63,535 bases of DNA from Carcharhinus longimanus (lineage: Eukaryota), in the NCBI GenBank assembly GCA_030264375.1, contig JASCQW010000105.1, positions 46,368,358 to 46,431,892 on the forward strand, read 5' to 3'. The notes under the pieces are model-generated. The model was not told the origin of the DNA. It saw only the letters and a program-made list of their open reading frames with translations, and searched no databases. The translations under genes and the position numbers were made by a program. How positions within the stretch are numbered: position 1 is the stretch's first letter; every line of letters starts with the position of its first letter. Positions 1-12,058 of this stretch are shown here, one piece after another.

Positions 1-1031
1 AATTAAAATATGGCAGTTAGCGCTGAAAAAGGGGTCACGTGTTGTCTTTTCCCAACTCTACTTTGCTTCAATGGAGCTCGACGATGGACACTGTGCTTGT
101 GTTTCTGGAAACACCAGATTCATAAAGGAACAGTGGAGCAGTGTCAAGTTGGACAAATTTGAGGAGAGTTGCAATCTAACAACAGTTGCCACTCCTCGCA
201 AGATCCTGACAGTATTTTCACTTAAGAGCCGATTCAACAACCAGGAAAGGTACAGGAAGCCCAAATTCTGTTCCAGCAAAATGGTGACTACATTTTCAAC
301 AGCTTGCAATTCAATACACAAATTTCCTTCAATATGTTCTCTGCACGGTTTAAAATTTGTGTAAGCATCACAGTGTGGGAGGCATGTAAAAAAGAAGGAT
401 CGTGTTACTGCTCAAGAGTAACTGCATTAAAGTTAGAAGACGGACAGATGGAGAGATATTTTGTTTTTTTAAAGAAAGCTTTAAGAAAGACTCAAACAAA
501 AAGACAATGCACAGGAGAAACATCAAATGGAGTCTGTGGATTAATGGCAAAATGACATTGCTTTCAACTATTTTTTTCTTGATCACAAAAGTATCTATTC
601 TGATGTAAGTTATTCAAGGTCCATCCTGTTTGGTTTTCAGAACATCCTTTCCAGAGGATAGAAATGCAAATTGCCATGCAAACAGCTGCAGCTAAACTTT
701 GTTGACAATAACTGATGGACTTGGAAACAAGTGCAAGAGAAGATTACGTACTTAGTGTAGCAAAGAAAGACTAATTAACAACATCGTACATCAGGTAAAT
801 GGCAGATTAAGGTTCTACACCACAAAGTATTGTTTGAAATTCTTCCAGATTTACTACTTATCCATATCAATTTTTTTGATGCAACTCCTGCATATCCTAC
901 TTTAGAAGGGCGCATTCACGATACAGCATACAAAAGCACTCACACCAATCTGTTTACATCTTGATATCTAGAATTGATGTTAAATTGCATTCATGGCAAT
1001 AATCAGTGATCTCCTGCACCTAAGAAAAGGC

Positions 1032-1114
1032 CTTTCCTGAAGAAGGAGCTTGAGGCTCCGAAAGCTAGTGCTGCCAAATAAACTTGGACTTTAACCTGGT
1101 GTTGTGAGGCTTCT
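1032..1114 (+). mobile_element. 83-bp Penelope-like pLTR fragment containing a minimal hammerhead ribozyme core, flanked by an 11-bp TSD
   Basis: CTGAAGA (1037-1043), then A, stem GGAGC/GCTCC, GAAA (1060-1063), GCTA. Followed by AATAAA and GGACTTTAACCTGGTGTTG, which is shared with 44740-44899. TAAGAAAAGGC occurs at 1021-1031 and 1115-1125. Confidence 0.75.
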
Positions 1115-1489
1115 TAAGAAAAGGCACCAGTGTGCTGACAATGAGCAACCACTTCCCATGGATTGGGAAGGAGATGCAAATGCTGGCTGCAAAACAATGC
1201 CTGAGCGAGAGGCATACAGACTGAGGGAAGTGGGAGCACAATTTCAAAGTCACACTTTGGCTACAGGCACAAAGCAAGGCTGCTCAATTGATTCTGAGCA
1301 AACCAAGGCAGTGCTCTTGACTCATTAATCAGGCACCTGCAAAAGGTTTGTAGGAAATGTCTGATGTCCCCTCTTGCTCTCCCTGGAAACTTCCTTTGCC
1401 CTATATTCTCAGGCAAGAAAAACATTTATTCAACCTTTTATAACAATTTTCTTTCATTTCCTTATTGCAATTTTCAGTATCTACAAGGC

Positions 1490-2530
1490 AAAGTGAAAAA
1501 TTGTCTAGCTATGTCCTGTTCACGTAAAGCAGGGCAAATCTAATCTCATCAATTATTGACTCATCAGCCTACTCTCAATCGGCAGCAAAATGTTGGAATG
1601 TGTCATCAATACGGCTATCAATCGGCACTTACTAAGCAATGACATACTCAATAATGCTTAGTTTTGAGTTCCATTAGGATAATTCAGCTGCAGGCCATGT
1701 TGAAGCCTTGATGCAAACATGGACAATACAGCTGAATACCAGGGTTGAGACAATAGCGACATCAAGGCTGCATTTGGGCAAGTATATCATCCAAAGTCTG
1801 CTGCAATACTAAAGTCCATGTGAATCAGGCAAAAAATCTGCACAAGCTGCAGTCTTACCCAGAACAAAGGCATTGGCCATAGTTGCTGGGAGTTCAATCT
1901 CACATCCCCAAAACTTTGGTGCAGTTGTTGAACCTAGGACAAGTGCCCAAGGTTCAATATCTTCAGCCTAATCCATCCATCATTAGTTCAGAAATGGTAG
2001 TAGTATCCAAAACAATTGGTGAAGCCAAAATCAATACACAGAGCTTTTCTTTACTGAGAGATTTTATTGACAGCTCTCCTTTCATTCAACAGTGTCCCAA
2101 ATATCCCTTACGTATTTGCGCTCAGGGACAATTTATACCTTTCACCTGTTTCTTTTACCCATAAGAATGCAAATGCCTACAAAAGGAAACCTTTATACCA
2201 TTGACAAGATATTAACAAAAAGTGAGGATGTTTGCAGATGATTCTGAAGTATTTACTAATCGTGACTCACCAGTTATTTATGCAATATCCGTTTGGAGCA
2301 AGACTTGGGCAATATAACTTTCATCTTCCCCTAGTTCCAGGAAATAACCATCTTAAACCAGAGAAAATCTAATCAACTTCCTTTGACATTTAATGACATT
2401 AGAGTCATCAAATCCCTCCACCATCAGCATCCTAGAGGTAAACCAGAAGCTTAATTGGACTCGCCACATAGGTAATGTAGCTGAACAACAGCAGTTACGA
2501 ATCTGAATATTTTGTGGAAAGTGACCAATT
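1490..2530 (+). mobile_element. Degenerate CR1/L2-group LINE RT fragment, same family as 38930-40595
   Basis: Decayed RT motifs (DIKAAF near 1758, MFADD near 2228). Colinear with the 39200-40030 copy and interrupted by unrelated sequence. Confidence 0.65.
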
Positions 2531-2689
2531 CCTGATTCTCTAGATTGTGCTTTTGAGTTGAAAACTGTTTGAAAAGCAATGGAGAAACCAGATAACTGCA
2601 AATTGAAAAGAAAACTCATTGGCTTCTATCATCAGAGAGAATCTAATTTTGTCAAACATTTTCCAAGACATCATTAGCATGATTTATAT

Positions 2690-3410
2690 GGGATGGTTTA
2701 TTTCAGAAATCATTTGAGAAAATTCTCGCAAGGGATTATTCGAGAGAAAAAAATTGTGATAGCCTTTTGACATGAGACAAAAAGGAAAGCAGAGATGAAA
2801 GAAAGATTCTCTGAATTCAAGAATAGAGCAAGGGGTGCTTTCCAAGAATTAGTTCTTGGACCTCATCTTTTTACAAACGTGTTTTAATGATTGATTTAAA
2901 AAGTGGCAGACCCAAATTTTCAGATAGCACAAAGTTGGGAAACACAAAGACAGAAGCAGGAATTTCCAAAAGGACAGTCACAGCAAGACAGAACTGTTGA
3001 CAGTTGGGATGTAATGTGGAAAAGCAACATCATTCACTTTGGATACAAGAAAAACTTAAACAGTTTGATCGAATTGAGGTATCAGGAATCAAATTTAGTA
3101 AATTAGGCATAAATCATAAATTTGGTAGATCAGACATAGATAGATAATCTATTGTCTCTTGCCCAGAAGATAAACTTAAAATTAGAGCTAGGCCATTTAG
3201 GTGTGAAATCAAGAAGCATTTGTCACACAAGGAATAGCAGAAATTACTCATCTAAAAAGATACTGGATTAATTAAGGGTGATACATTCAGTGAGCCAATA
3301 GTATCAAGAAATATGGAATGAAGATAGGTAAATGGAGTTATGGTAAAGATAAACCATAATCTAATTAAATGACAAAACAAATTTCAGCAGCTGACTCTTG
3401 TTCATGTGTA
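2690..3410 (+). mobile_element. Old CR1 LINE 3' remnant
   Basis: Decayed GVPQGSVLG-like and FADD-like segments, followed by a CR1 3'-end-like tail. Confidence 0.5.
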
Positions 3411-4237
3411 TAGCACAGTCATTCCGCAACAGGATAACTTTGACCACCATGAATAGTACAGTCTAAAAAAGGGAACCACAGCTGTTGGTGAGGTCTGCTG
3501 AGACAAACCTTCCAAATAGAGCTCTTCGGTGAAGCATAAGCCGTTTACTCTCATGTGGTACTTAGAGTGTCTTGGGTATCAGTAGGTGCAGCTGCTTTTG
3601 TGTTGACCTTCATGATAACCTTCTTCCACTACTGTTGTCCACCTTTTTGTCATCTTGCAGCTTTACATGCTATACTCACACTGATAATTGATAGAAGATA
3701 TGGAATTTTCTGGGTCTGCATTATCCCTGTTCTGTGCCTTCCACTCTGTGCAGCTAAAAAATACATTTTTCTCAGGTTAAATATGCTCAACTGGAGGCAA
3801 AATGCTGCATAATGTTCACAGATTGCCTTTACTTGCTTTTTACTGAAAGTTAAGCAAGTTAAAACTGAGCCATGTGCTGGGATGGAACCAACTTTGGCAG
3901 TTAGCAATGTTGCAGAAGAATTATCTGTGAAAATACTATACTTAAAAGAATTTTAAAACTGATTTTTGGCAACATTCAAATCTGGTGTAAGTGACCGCTA
4001 TAAAGATGCAGCAAAAAAAAAGTAATGTGTAAGATAAAATAAATTGTGCATATATTACAGCATATAAAGCAAAATTTATGTTTATAACATAAACTGCATT
4101 AGGACTTTTACACTAATGTTGGCTAATTTAATCAATGCCCCTTCTGGGTACTGCTCCCTTTGACAATTCTAACCATGTGTGAGGGTAAAAGTGAAGATAA
4201 GAGTTTAATAAATTTTCTTAAATAATTTAGTTAGTGC

Positions 4238-5180
4238 TTGAAGTGTTGGTTAGTGGGGTTAAGTGCTGCACTTGAGGTGTGGGAGATCCGTGATGCTTCC
4301 AGCATCTCGGAAAACTACATCTGCAGTAAGTGCACCCAATTGCAGCTCCTTACAGACTGTGTGGATAGATTGGAACAGCAATTGGTTGCACTTCAGAGCA
4401 TGAAGGCAGTGGAAAATGTCATAGATAGGGGTTTTAGAGGTGTGGCCACATACAACGTGCAAGCAGATAGATGGGTGACCACTAGAAGGGGCAAACAGGA
4501 GTGAGTACAGGAATCCCCTGTGGTCATCCCCCTCTCTAACAAGTACACCATTTTGCATATTGTTGGGGGGGCTTGGCCTATTAGGGGATAACAGCAGGTG
4601 CCAGAGCAGTGGCACCACAGCTGGCTCGCAGGGAGGGACAAAGAGCACGAGCAATAGTTATAGGGGACCCTATAAGTAGGGGCGCAGATGGGCGCTTCTG
4701 TGGATGAGAGAGAGACTCCAGGATGGTATGTTGCCTCTTAGTGCCAGCGTCTAGGATGTCTCTGAATGGGCAGACAGCATTCTAAAGGGAGAGGGTGAAC
4801 AGCCAGTGGCTGTGGTACATGTTGATACTAACGACATAGGAAGGAAGAATGACAAAGTCCTACAACAGCAGTTAGGGAGTTAGGTAGAAAGTTAAAAAGC
4901 AGAACTTCTAAGGTTGTAATTTCAGGGTTGTTCCCTCTGCCACATGCCAGCGAAGCTCGAAATAATAAGGTAGTACAGCTCAACACGTGGCTAAGCAAAG
5001 GCCAAATGTGGCCAAACAGCTAACAGCTGAGTTAAGAGAAGAGGGTTTCAGATATCTGGACCATTGAGAACTTTTACAGGGCAGGTGGGGCCTGTACAAG
5101 AAGGGCAGGTTGCATCCAAACTGGAAGGGCATAAATATTCCGGCCGGAATGTTTGCTTGTGTCACACGGAAGGATTTAAA
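4238..5180 (+). pseudogene. CR1 LINE ORF1 remnant (Cys-rich finger, leucine zipper and SGNH esterase), frameshifted
   Basis: WEIRD..YICSKCTQLQLL..LEQQL; LSNKYTIL; AIVIGDP (GDS block); VAVVHVDTNDIG (GTND block); GRLHPNWKG (DGLH block). Confidence 0.8.
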
Positions 5181-5289
5181 GTTTGGCAGGGAGTTGGGAA
5201 GAAAGGCAAAGGTTAATTAAAGGGGAACCAGAGATTGGGGCCAGTAAGACTCAGAAAAACAGCAGACAGAGTGGGGTTGCTGATCCGAG

Positions 5290-6242
5290 AGGGTCTGGTG
5301 GACTGAAGTGCATTTATTTCAATGCAAGAAGTGTAACAGATAATGCAGATGAACTTAGAGCTTGGATTAGTACATGGAACTATGATGTTGTTGCTGTTAC
5401 AGGGACTTGGTTAAGGGAAGTACAGGATTAGTAGCTTAACTATCCAGGATAAAGATGCTTCTGACGTGATAGAGGGGAATGTAAAAGGGGTGGGTGGAGT
5501 TGCATTACTGGTTAATCTGGAGACTATCACAGCTGTACTGTGGAAGGACGCCTCAGAGCCTCATACAGTGAAGCAATATGGGTAGAGTTCAGGAATAGGA
5601 AGGGTGTAGTCGCAGTGTTGGGGGTTTACTATTTGCCACTCAACTGCTAGTGCGAGATAGACTAATAGATATGTAGGCAGACTTTGGCAGGATGTAAAAG
5701 TAACAGGGTTGCTGTGGCGGGTATTTTAACTCCCCCGATATTGACTGGGTCTCAAAAAGTTCTAGGGGCGTGGATGGGGCAGAGTTTGTAAGGACCATCC
5801 AGGGGGGCTTCTTGATGCAGTATGTAGATAGTCCAACGAGGGAAGGGGCCGTACTGGACCTGGTATTGGGGAATGCCTGGCCAGGTGATCAATGTTTCAG
5901 GAGGGGAGCACTTTGGGAACAGTGACCACAATTCAGTAAGTTTTAAGGTACTGATGGATAAAGATAAATGTAGTCCTCAAGTTAAGGTGCTAAATTGGGG
6001 AAGGCTAATCACAACAATATTAGGCAGGAACTGGAGAATGTAGATTGGGAGCAGATTTTTGAGGGCAAATCAACATCTGGCATGTGGGAGGCTTTCAAGT
6101 GTAAGTTGATAGGGATTTAGGACCAGCACGTTCCTGTAAGGATGAAGGATACATATGGCAAGTTTTGGGAATCTTGGATAACGAGAGATATTGTGAGCCT
6201 TTTCAAAGAGAAAAAGGAAGCATTTGTCAAAGCTAGGAAGCT
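5290..6242 (+). mobile_element. CR1 ORF2 APE-endonuclease region, copy A (degenerate)
   Basis: LKCIYFNARSV..ELRAWISTWNYDVVAVTGTWL; LDLVL..SDHN motif near 5855-5930; stops and frameshifts. Confidence 0.85.
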
Positions 6243-6342
6243 NNNNNNNNNNNNNNNNNNNNNNNNNNNNNNNNNNNNNNNNNNNNNNNNNNNNNNNNNN
6301 NNNNNNNNNNNNNNNNNNNNNNNNNNNNNNNNNNNNNNNNNN

Positions 6343-9300
6343 ATTGAGAACTTTTACAGGGCAGGTGGGGCCTGTACAAGAAGGGCAGGTTGCATCTAAA
6401 CTGGAAGGGCATAAATATTCTGGCCAGGAGGTTTGCTAGTGTCACATGAGGGGACTTAAACTCATTTGGCAGGGGGATAGGAACCAAAACAAAAGTGAAT
6501 TATCTGAAAGGGAACTAGAGAATACGGCCAGTAAGACTCAGAGAAAGAGCAATCATGGTGTGGTTGCAAATCAAAGAAGGTCTGGTGGACTGAAGAGCAT
6601 TTGTTTCAATGCAAGGTGTAACAGGTATGAGCTTAAAGCATGGATTAGTACTTGGAACTACAATGTTGTTGCTATTGCAGAGACTTGGTTAAAGGCAGGA
6701 TAGGACTGGCAGCCTCAGATTCCAAGACAGAAATGTTTCAGGCAGGATGGAGGGGAATGTAAAAGGGATGGGGGAGTTGCACTACAGGTAAAGGAGAATA
6801 TCACAGCTGTACTGTGACAGGACACCTTGGAGGGCTCATACAGCAAGGTAATATGGGTAGAGCTCAAGAATAGGAAGGGTGTAGCTCACTTTAGGCACCC
6901 CAACAGCCACTGGGAGATAGAGGAACAGGTATAGAGGCAGATTTTAGCAAGGTGCAAAAGTAACAGGGTTGTTGTGGTGGGAAATTTTAACTTCCCCTGT
7001 ATTGACTGGGACTCACTTAGCACTAAGGACATGAATGGGGCACAGTTTGTAAGGAGGGCTTGTTGAATCAGTTTGTAGATAGTCCAACTAGGGAACTGGA
7101 CCTGGTATTGAGGAATGAGCCCAGCCAGATGGTCGACATTTCAGTGGGGGAGCAGTTCGAGAAGAGTGACCACAATTCAGTAAGTTTTAAGGTACGGGTG
7201 GATAAAAAGAAGCGTAGTCAAGTGAAGGTGCTGAATTGGGTAAGGAAAATTACAACAATATTAGCGAAGAACTGAAGAGTGTAGATTGGGGGCAGATGTT
7301 TGAGGGAAAATCAACATCTGGCATGTGGGAGGCTTTCAGAAGTTGAGAGGAATTCAGGACCGGCAAATTCCTATAAGGATGAAGAATAAGTATAGCAAGT
7401 TTCAGAAACATTGGATAATGAGACATATTGTGAACCTAGTCAAAGAGAAAAAAGAAAACATTTGTCAAGGCTAGGCGCCTGGGAACTCAAAGCAAGTGTG
7501 GAATACAAGGAAAGTAGAAAGAAACTTAAGCAAGGAGTAAGGAAGGCTAAAAGGGATCACAAAGTCATGGCCAATAAGATTAAGGAAAATTAATATACAT
7601 ATATAAAGAGCAAGAGGGCAGCCAGGGAGAGGGTTGACCCACTCAAGGACAGGGGAGGGAATCGATGCATGGAGCCAGAGGAAATGAATGATGTGTTAAA
7701 TGAGTACTTAGTATCAATATTCACCAAACAGAAGTGCTTGGTTCATGATGAATCCGGGGAAGGGTGCATAGATAGTTTGAGTCACGTTGAAAACAAAAAA
7801 GGTGGCGGTATTAGGATCTTGAGAAACATTAAGGTAGACAAGTCCTCAGGGCCTGATGGGATATACCCCAGAATACTGAGGGGGGCAAGGGAGGAAATTG
7901 CTGGGGCCTCGAGAAAAATCTTTGTATCATCACTGGCTATAGGGGAGAACCCAGAGGATTGGAGAATAACCAATGTTGTTCATTTGTTTAAGAAGGGTAG
8001 CAAGATAATCCAGGTAATTACAGGCCGGTGAGTCTCAAGTTAATGCTCAGGAAATTATTGGAGAGGATTCTTCCCGATAGGATTTACTCCCACTTGGAAA
8101 TAAATGGATGCATTAGCGTCAGGCATGTTTTGTGAAGGGGAGGTCATATCTCACTAACTTGACNNNNNNNNNNNNNNNNNNNNNNNNNNNNNNNNNNNNN
8201 NNNNNNNNNNNNNNNNNNNNNNNNNNNNNNNNNAGTAAGACTTTGACAAGATCCCTCATGGCAGACTGATACAGAAGGTGAAGTCACTTGGGATCAGAGG
8301 TGACCTGGCAAGGTGGATACAGAATTGGCTCGATCTACGAAGTCAGTGGAAGGGTGCATTTCTGGATGGAGGGCTGTGACAAGTGGCATTCCTCAGGGAT
8401 CAGTACTGGGACTTTTGCTGTTTTCGATTGGAGGAAAACATAACTGGCTTGATTATTAAGCTTGTGGATGACACAAAGCTTGATGGATTTGCAGATAGTG
8501 ATGAGGACCATCAGAGAATACACTAGGATATAGACTGGTTGGAGACTTGGGCGGAGAGATGGCAGATGGAGTTTAATTCAGACAAATGTAAGGTAATGCA
8601 TTTTGGAAGGTTGAAACAGATAGGAAGTATACACTAAACGGCAGAACCCTGAAGAGTACTGATAGGCAGAGAGATCTGATGTACAGCTACATAGGTTACT
8701 GAAAGTGGTAATGCAGGTGGAGAAAGTCATCAAGAAGGTATACAGCATGCATGCCTTTATCAACCGGGGCATTGAGTTTAAAAACTGGCGAGTCATGTTG
8801 CAGCTTTATAAAGCCTTAGTTAGGCTGCACTTACAATAGAGTGTACAATCCTGGTTGCCACACTACCAGAAGGATATTGAGGCTTTGGAGAGGGTACTGT
8901 GAGGAAAAGTTAGAGAAACTTGATTTGTTCTCACTGGAACGACGGCGGTTCAGGGGTGACCTGATAGAAGTTTACATGATTATCAAGGGCATGGAAAGAG
9001 TGGATAGTCAGAAGCTTTTTCCTAGTGTGGCAGAGTCAATTACTCGGGGGCATAAGTTTAAGGTGCGAGGAGTTTAAAGGAGATGTATGAGGCTAATTTG
9101 CGCATGTATTTTAAGTTATTACATGATAAAGGGTATATTTTCTTCTTTAAAATAAATCCATCAATGGCGAAGAAGTGGAAATGGTCGAGAGCTTCAGATT
9201 CCCAGGCAAATTTGTTTTTTTTTACACACAGATGACGGTGGGTGCCTTGAACTCGCTGTCAGGGGAAGTAGTGGAAGCAGATACATTTTAAGGAGCAGCT

Positions 9301-9425
9301 CAACAAATACAGGAATAGGATGGGAATAAAGGGATTGGGTCCTGGAAAGAGAAGGAGGTTTTAGTTCAGTCAGCAGCATGGTTGGGCCAAAGGGCCTATT
9401 TTTGTGCTGTAATTTTTTTTTGTTC
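6343..9425 (+). mobile_element. CR1 LINE copy B: ORF1 end, ORF2 (APE + RT) and 3' tail, degenerate
   Basis: CFNAR..AETWL; SDHN; DKSSGPDGIYPRIL; DFDKIPHGRL; SGIPQGSVLG; KLVDDTKL (FADD equivalent); RGDLIEVY; 3' GGGCCAAAGGGCCT tail. Confidence 0.9.
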
Positions 9426-10212
9426 TTTGCTCATATGTCAGAAGATAAGCGCTTTGTCAGCCCACTGAAATTTCTTTTTGTTTCAAATTCTTCTGGCAGT
9501 AAATATACATATATATGATGAAATAATGTGATTTTGTGTATTTAGATTTCACTCGGGGAAAATGAAAAGGAAGAATCGATTTATCAGTTACACTTGCAGG
9601 TGAAACAAGGAGGCTCAGAATCTATGCTTTTCAAGGAGGATAATGTTTTCACTTGTGTGCCATTAATAAATTAAATTGAAGTGAACCCAGAATAACTGAA
9701 CTCAAAACTTCCAAAATGCACTGTATAAGCAAAGCGTGACATTCGGTTAACTGAGGAATATAGTATTCACTATTTGCATGATGGTACTGGCAGACATGCC
9801 AACCTACAAAGCTTTACAGACAGATTCGACACGTACAATGCCACTATTTCTTACAACTTTGGATGACTTAAAATGCAATGGAAGTTACAAAATAAAATTA
9901 CAATGCAGAAGTAGTGATGTCTTAAGTTTTAAATTATATTGTTGTTCCAAGGATTCAGGAAATATCAAGGATTTTATAAAGTCTGACAGTCAAATATATA
10001 TTGAGCACAGTAGATCCCATAGTAAATAAAAATGCAACAGCTGTCATATATTTGCAAGTCAATGAATGTGATGGTCTTAAAATTTTTCCAATTTTTTTGA
10101 GAATGGGATACTTTATAATGGTCTTTTCAGAATAACTATGCTCGAGAAAAAAATTAAACAAATATTTTAAGTTATTACATGAAAAAGGGTATTTTTCTTC
10201 TTTAAAATAAAT

Positions 10213-10920
10213 CCATCAATGGTGAAGAGGTGGAAATGGTCGAGGGCTTCAGGTTCCTAATTGTCCAGATATCCAACCACCTGTCCTGATCCCTCCACAC
10301 TGAAGCTACAGTTAAGAAAGCCTACCAACGCCTCTACTTTCTTAGGTCATAAAAGGTTTACAGCATGGAAACAGGTCCTTTGGCCCAACTTATCCATACC
10401 ACCTTTTTTTTTAAACCCCTTAGCTAGTTCCAATTGCCCACATTTAGTCCATATCCTTCTATACCCATCTTACCCATGCAACGGTGGCTAAGGAAATTCA
10501 GCATGTCTGCAATGACTCGACTGATTTTCACAGATGCACCATTCTTTCTTATTCTATCACAGCTTGGTATGGTTCCTGCTCCATCAAAATCTGCAAGAAA
10601 CTACAAAGGGTTATGAACACAGCCCAGTCCACCACACAAACCAACCTCCCATCCACTGACACTCTACGTTTCCTGCTGCCTTGGAAAAACAGCCAGCATA
10701 ATCAAGGACCCCATACACCCTGGACATCCTCTTTTCTGCCTTCTACCGTCAGGATAAAGATACAATAGTCTGGAGATCACATAACTAACAGCTTCTTCCT
10801 TGATGCCATCAGACTTATGAATGGACCGACCATGTATTAAGCTGATTTTTTTCTACTCCCTAGCAGCGACTATAACGCCATATTCTTGCACTCTCTTCTT
10901 TCCTTCTCCCTTATATACTC
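10213..10920 (+). mobile_element. Rex1/Babar-like LINE 3' fragment with a nested antisense CR1 tail (10347-10485)
   Basis: VEMV..F; KKAYQRLYFLR | LRKF; ITAWYGSCS..KKLQRVMNTAQ. Homologous to 58960-59515. Confidence 0.8.
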
Positions 10921-10924
10921 TAGG

Positions 10925-10980
10925 TATTGACTACAGGCTCCTATGTATTGACTACAGGCTCCTATTTATTGACTACAGCT
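10925..10980 (+). repeat. Short tandem duplication TATTGACTACAGGCTCCTAT, about 2.5 copies
   Basis: Directly visible; lies at the 5' junction of a second Rex1-like fragment. Confidence 0.85.
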
Positions 10981-12058
10981 TAGCTTTGACACCATTATCC
11001 CAACAAAACTCATCTCTAAATTCAGTGGCCAAGGACCCGACTCCTCCATCTCCAACTGGATCTTATGCTTCCTAGCCCATACAGAATGCAATCAGTAAGG
11101 ATAGGCAACAATACCTCCCCCATGATTGTCCTCNNNNNNNNNNNNNNNNNNNNNNNNNNNNNNNNNNNNNNNNNNNNNNNNNNNNNNNNNNNNNNNNNNN
11201 NNNNNNNNNNNNNNNNNNNNNNNNNNNNNNNNNNNNNNNNNNNNNNNNNNNNNNNNNNNNNNNNNNNNNNNNNNNNNNNNNNNNNNNNNNNNNNNNNNNN
11301 NNNNNNNNNNNNNNNNNNNNNNNNNNNNNNNNNNNNNNNNNNNNNNNNNNNNNNNNNNNNNNNNNNNNNNNNNNNNNNNNNNNNNNNNNNNNNNNNNNNN
11401 NNNNNNNNNNNNNNNNNNNNNNNNNNNNNNNNNNNNNNNNNNNNNNNNNNNNNNNNNNNNNNNNNNNNNNNNNNNNNNNNNNNNNNNNNNNNNNNNNNNN
11501 NNNNNNNNNNNNNNNNNNNNNNNNNNNNNNNNNNNNNNNNNNNNNNNNNNNNNNNNNNNNNNNNNNNNNNNNNNNNNNNNNNNNNNNNNNNNNNNNNNNN
11601 NNNNNNNNNNNNNNNNNNNNNNNNNNNNNNNNNNNNNNNNNNNNNNNNNNNNNNNNNNNNNNNNNNNNNNNNNNNNNNNNNNNNNNNNNNNNNNNNNNNN
11701 NNNNNNNNNNNNNNNNNNNNNNNNNNNNNNNNNNNNNNNNNNNNNNNNNNNNNNNNNNNNNNNNNNNNNNNNNNNNNNNNNNNNNNNNNNNNNNNNNNNN
11801 NNNNNNNNNNNNNNNNNNNNNNNNNNNNNNNNNNNNNNNNNNNNNNNNNNNNNNNNNNNNNNNNNNNNNNNNNNNNNNNNNNNNNNNNNNNNNNNNNNNN
11901 NNNNNNNNNNNNNNNNNNNNNNNTACTGTATTCTACACCCTATGCTTTCCTTCTCCCATATGTGTTCTATGAGCAGTATGTTTTGTCTGTTTAGTGTCCA
12001 AGAAACAATATTTTCACTATATCCGAATGCATGTGACAATACTAAATCAAATCAAAAA
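10955..12058 (+). mobile_element. Second Rex1-like LINE fragment spanning a gap
   Basis: LFIDYS..IIPTKLISK before the gap. After the gap, a Rex1-type 3' end GTGACAATACTAAATCAAATC. Continuity across the N-run is inferred. Confidence 0.6.

Noticed and set aside
2-586. ORFs at the window start (71-364 plus; 58-321 and 368-586 minus, the last hydrophobic)
   Set aside because: No recognisable domain or convincing splice context. Could be UTR or a truncated exon, but unsupported.
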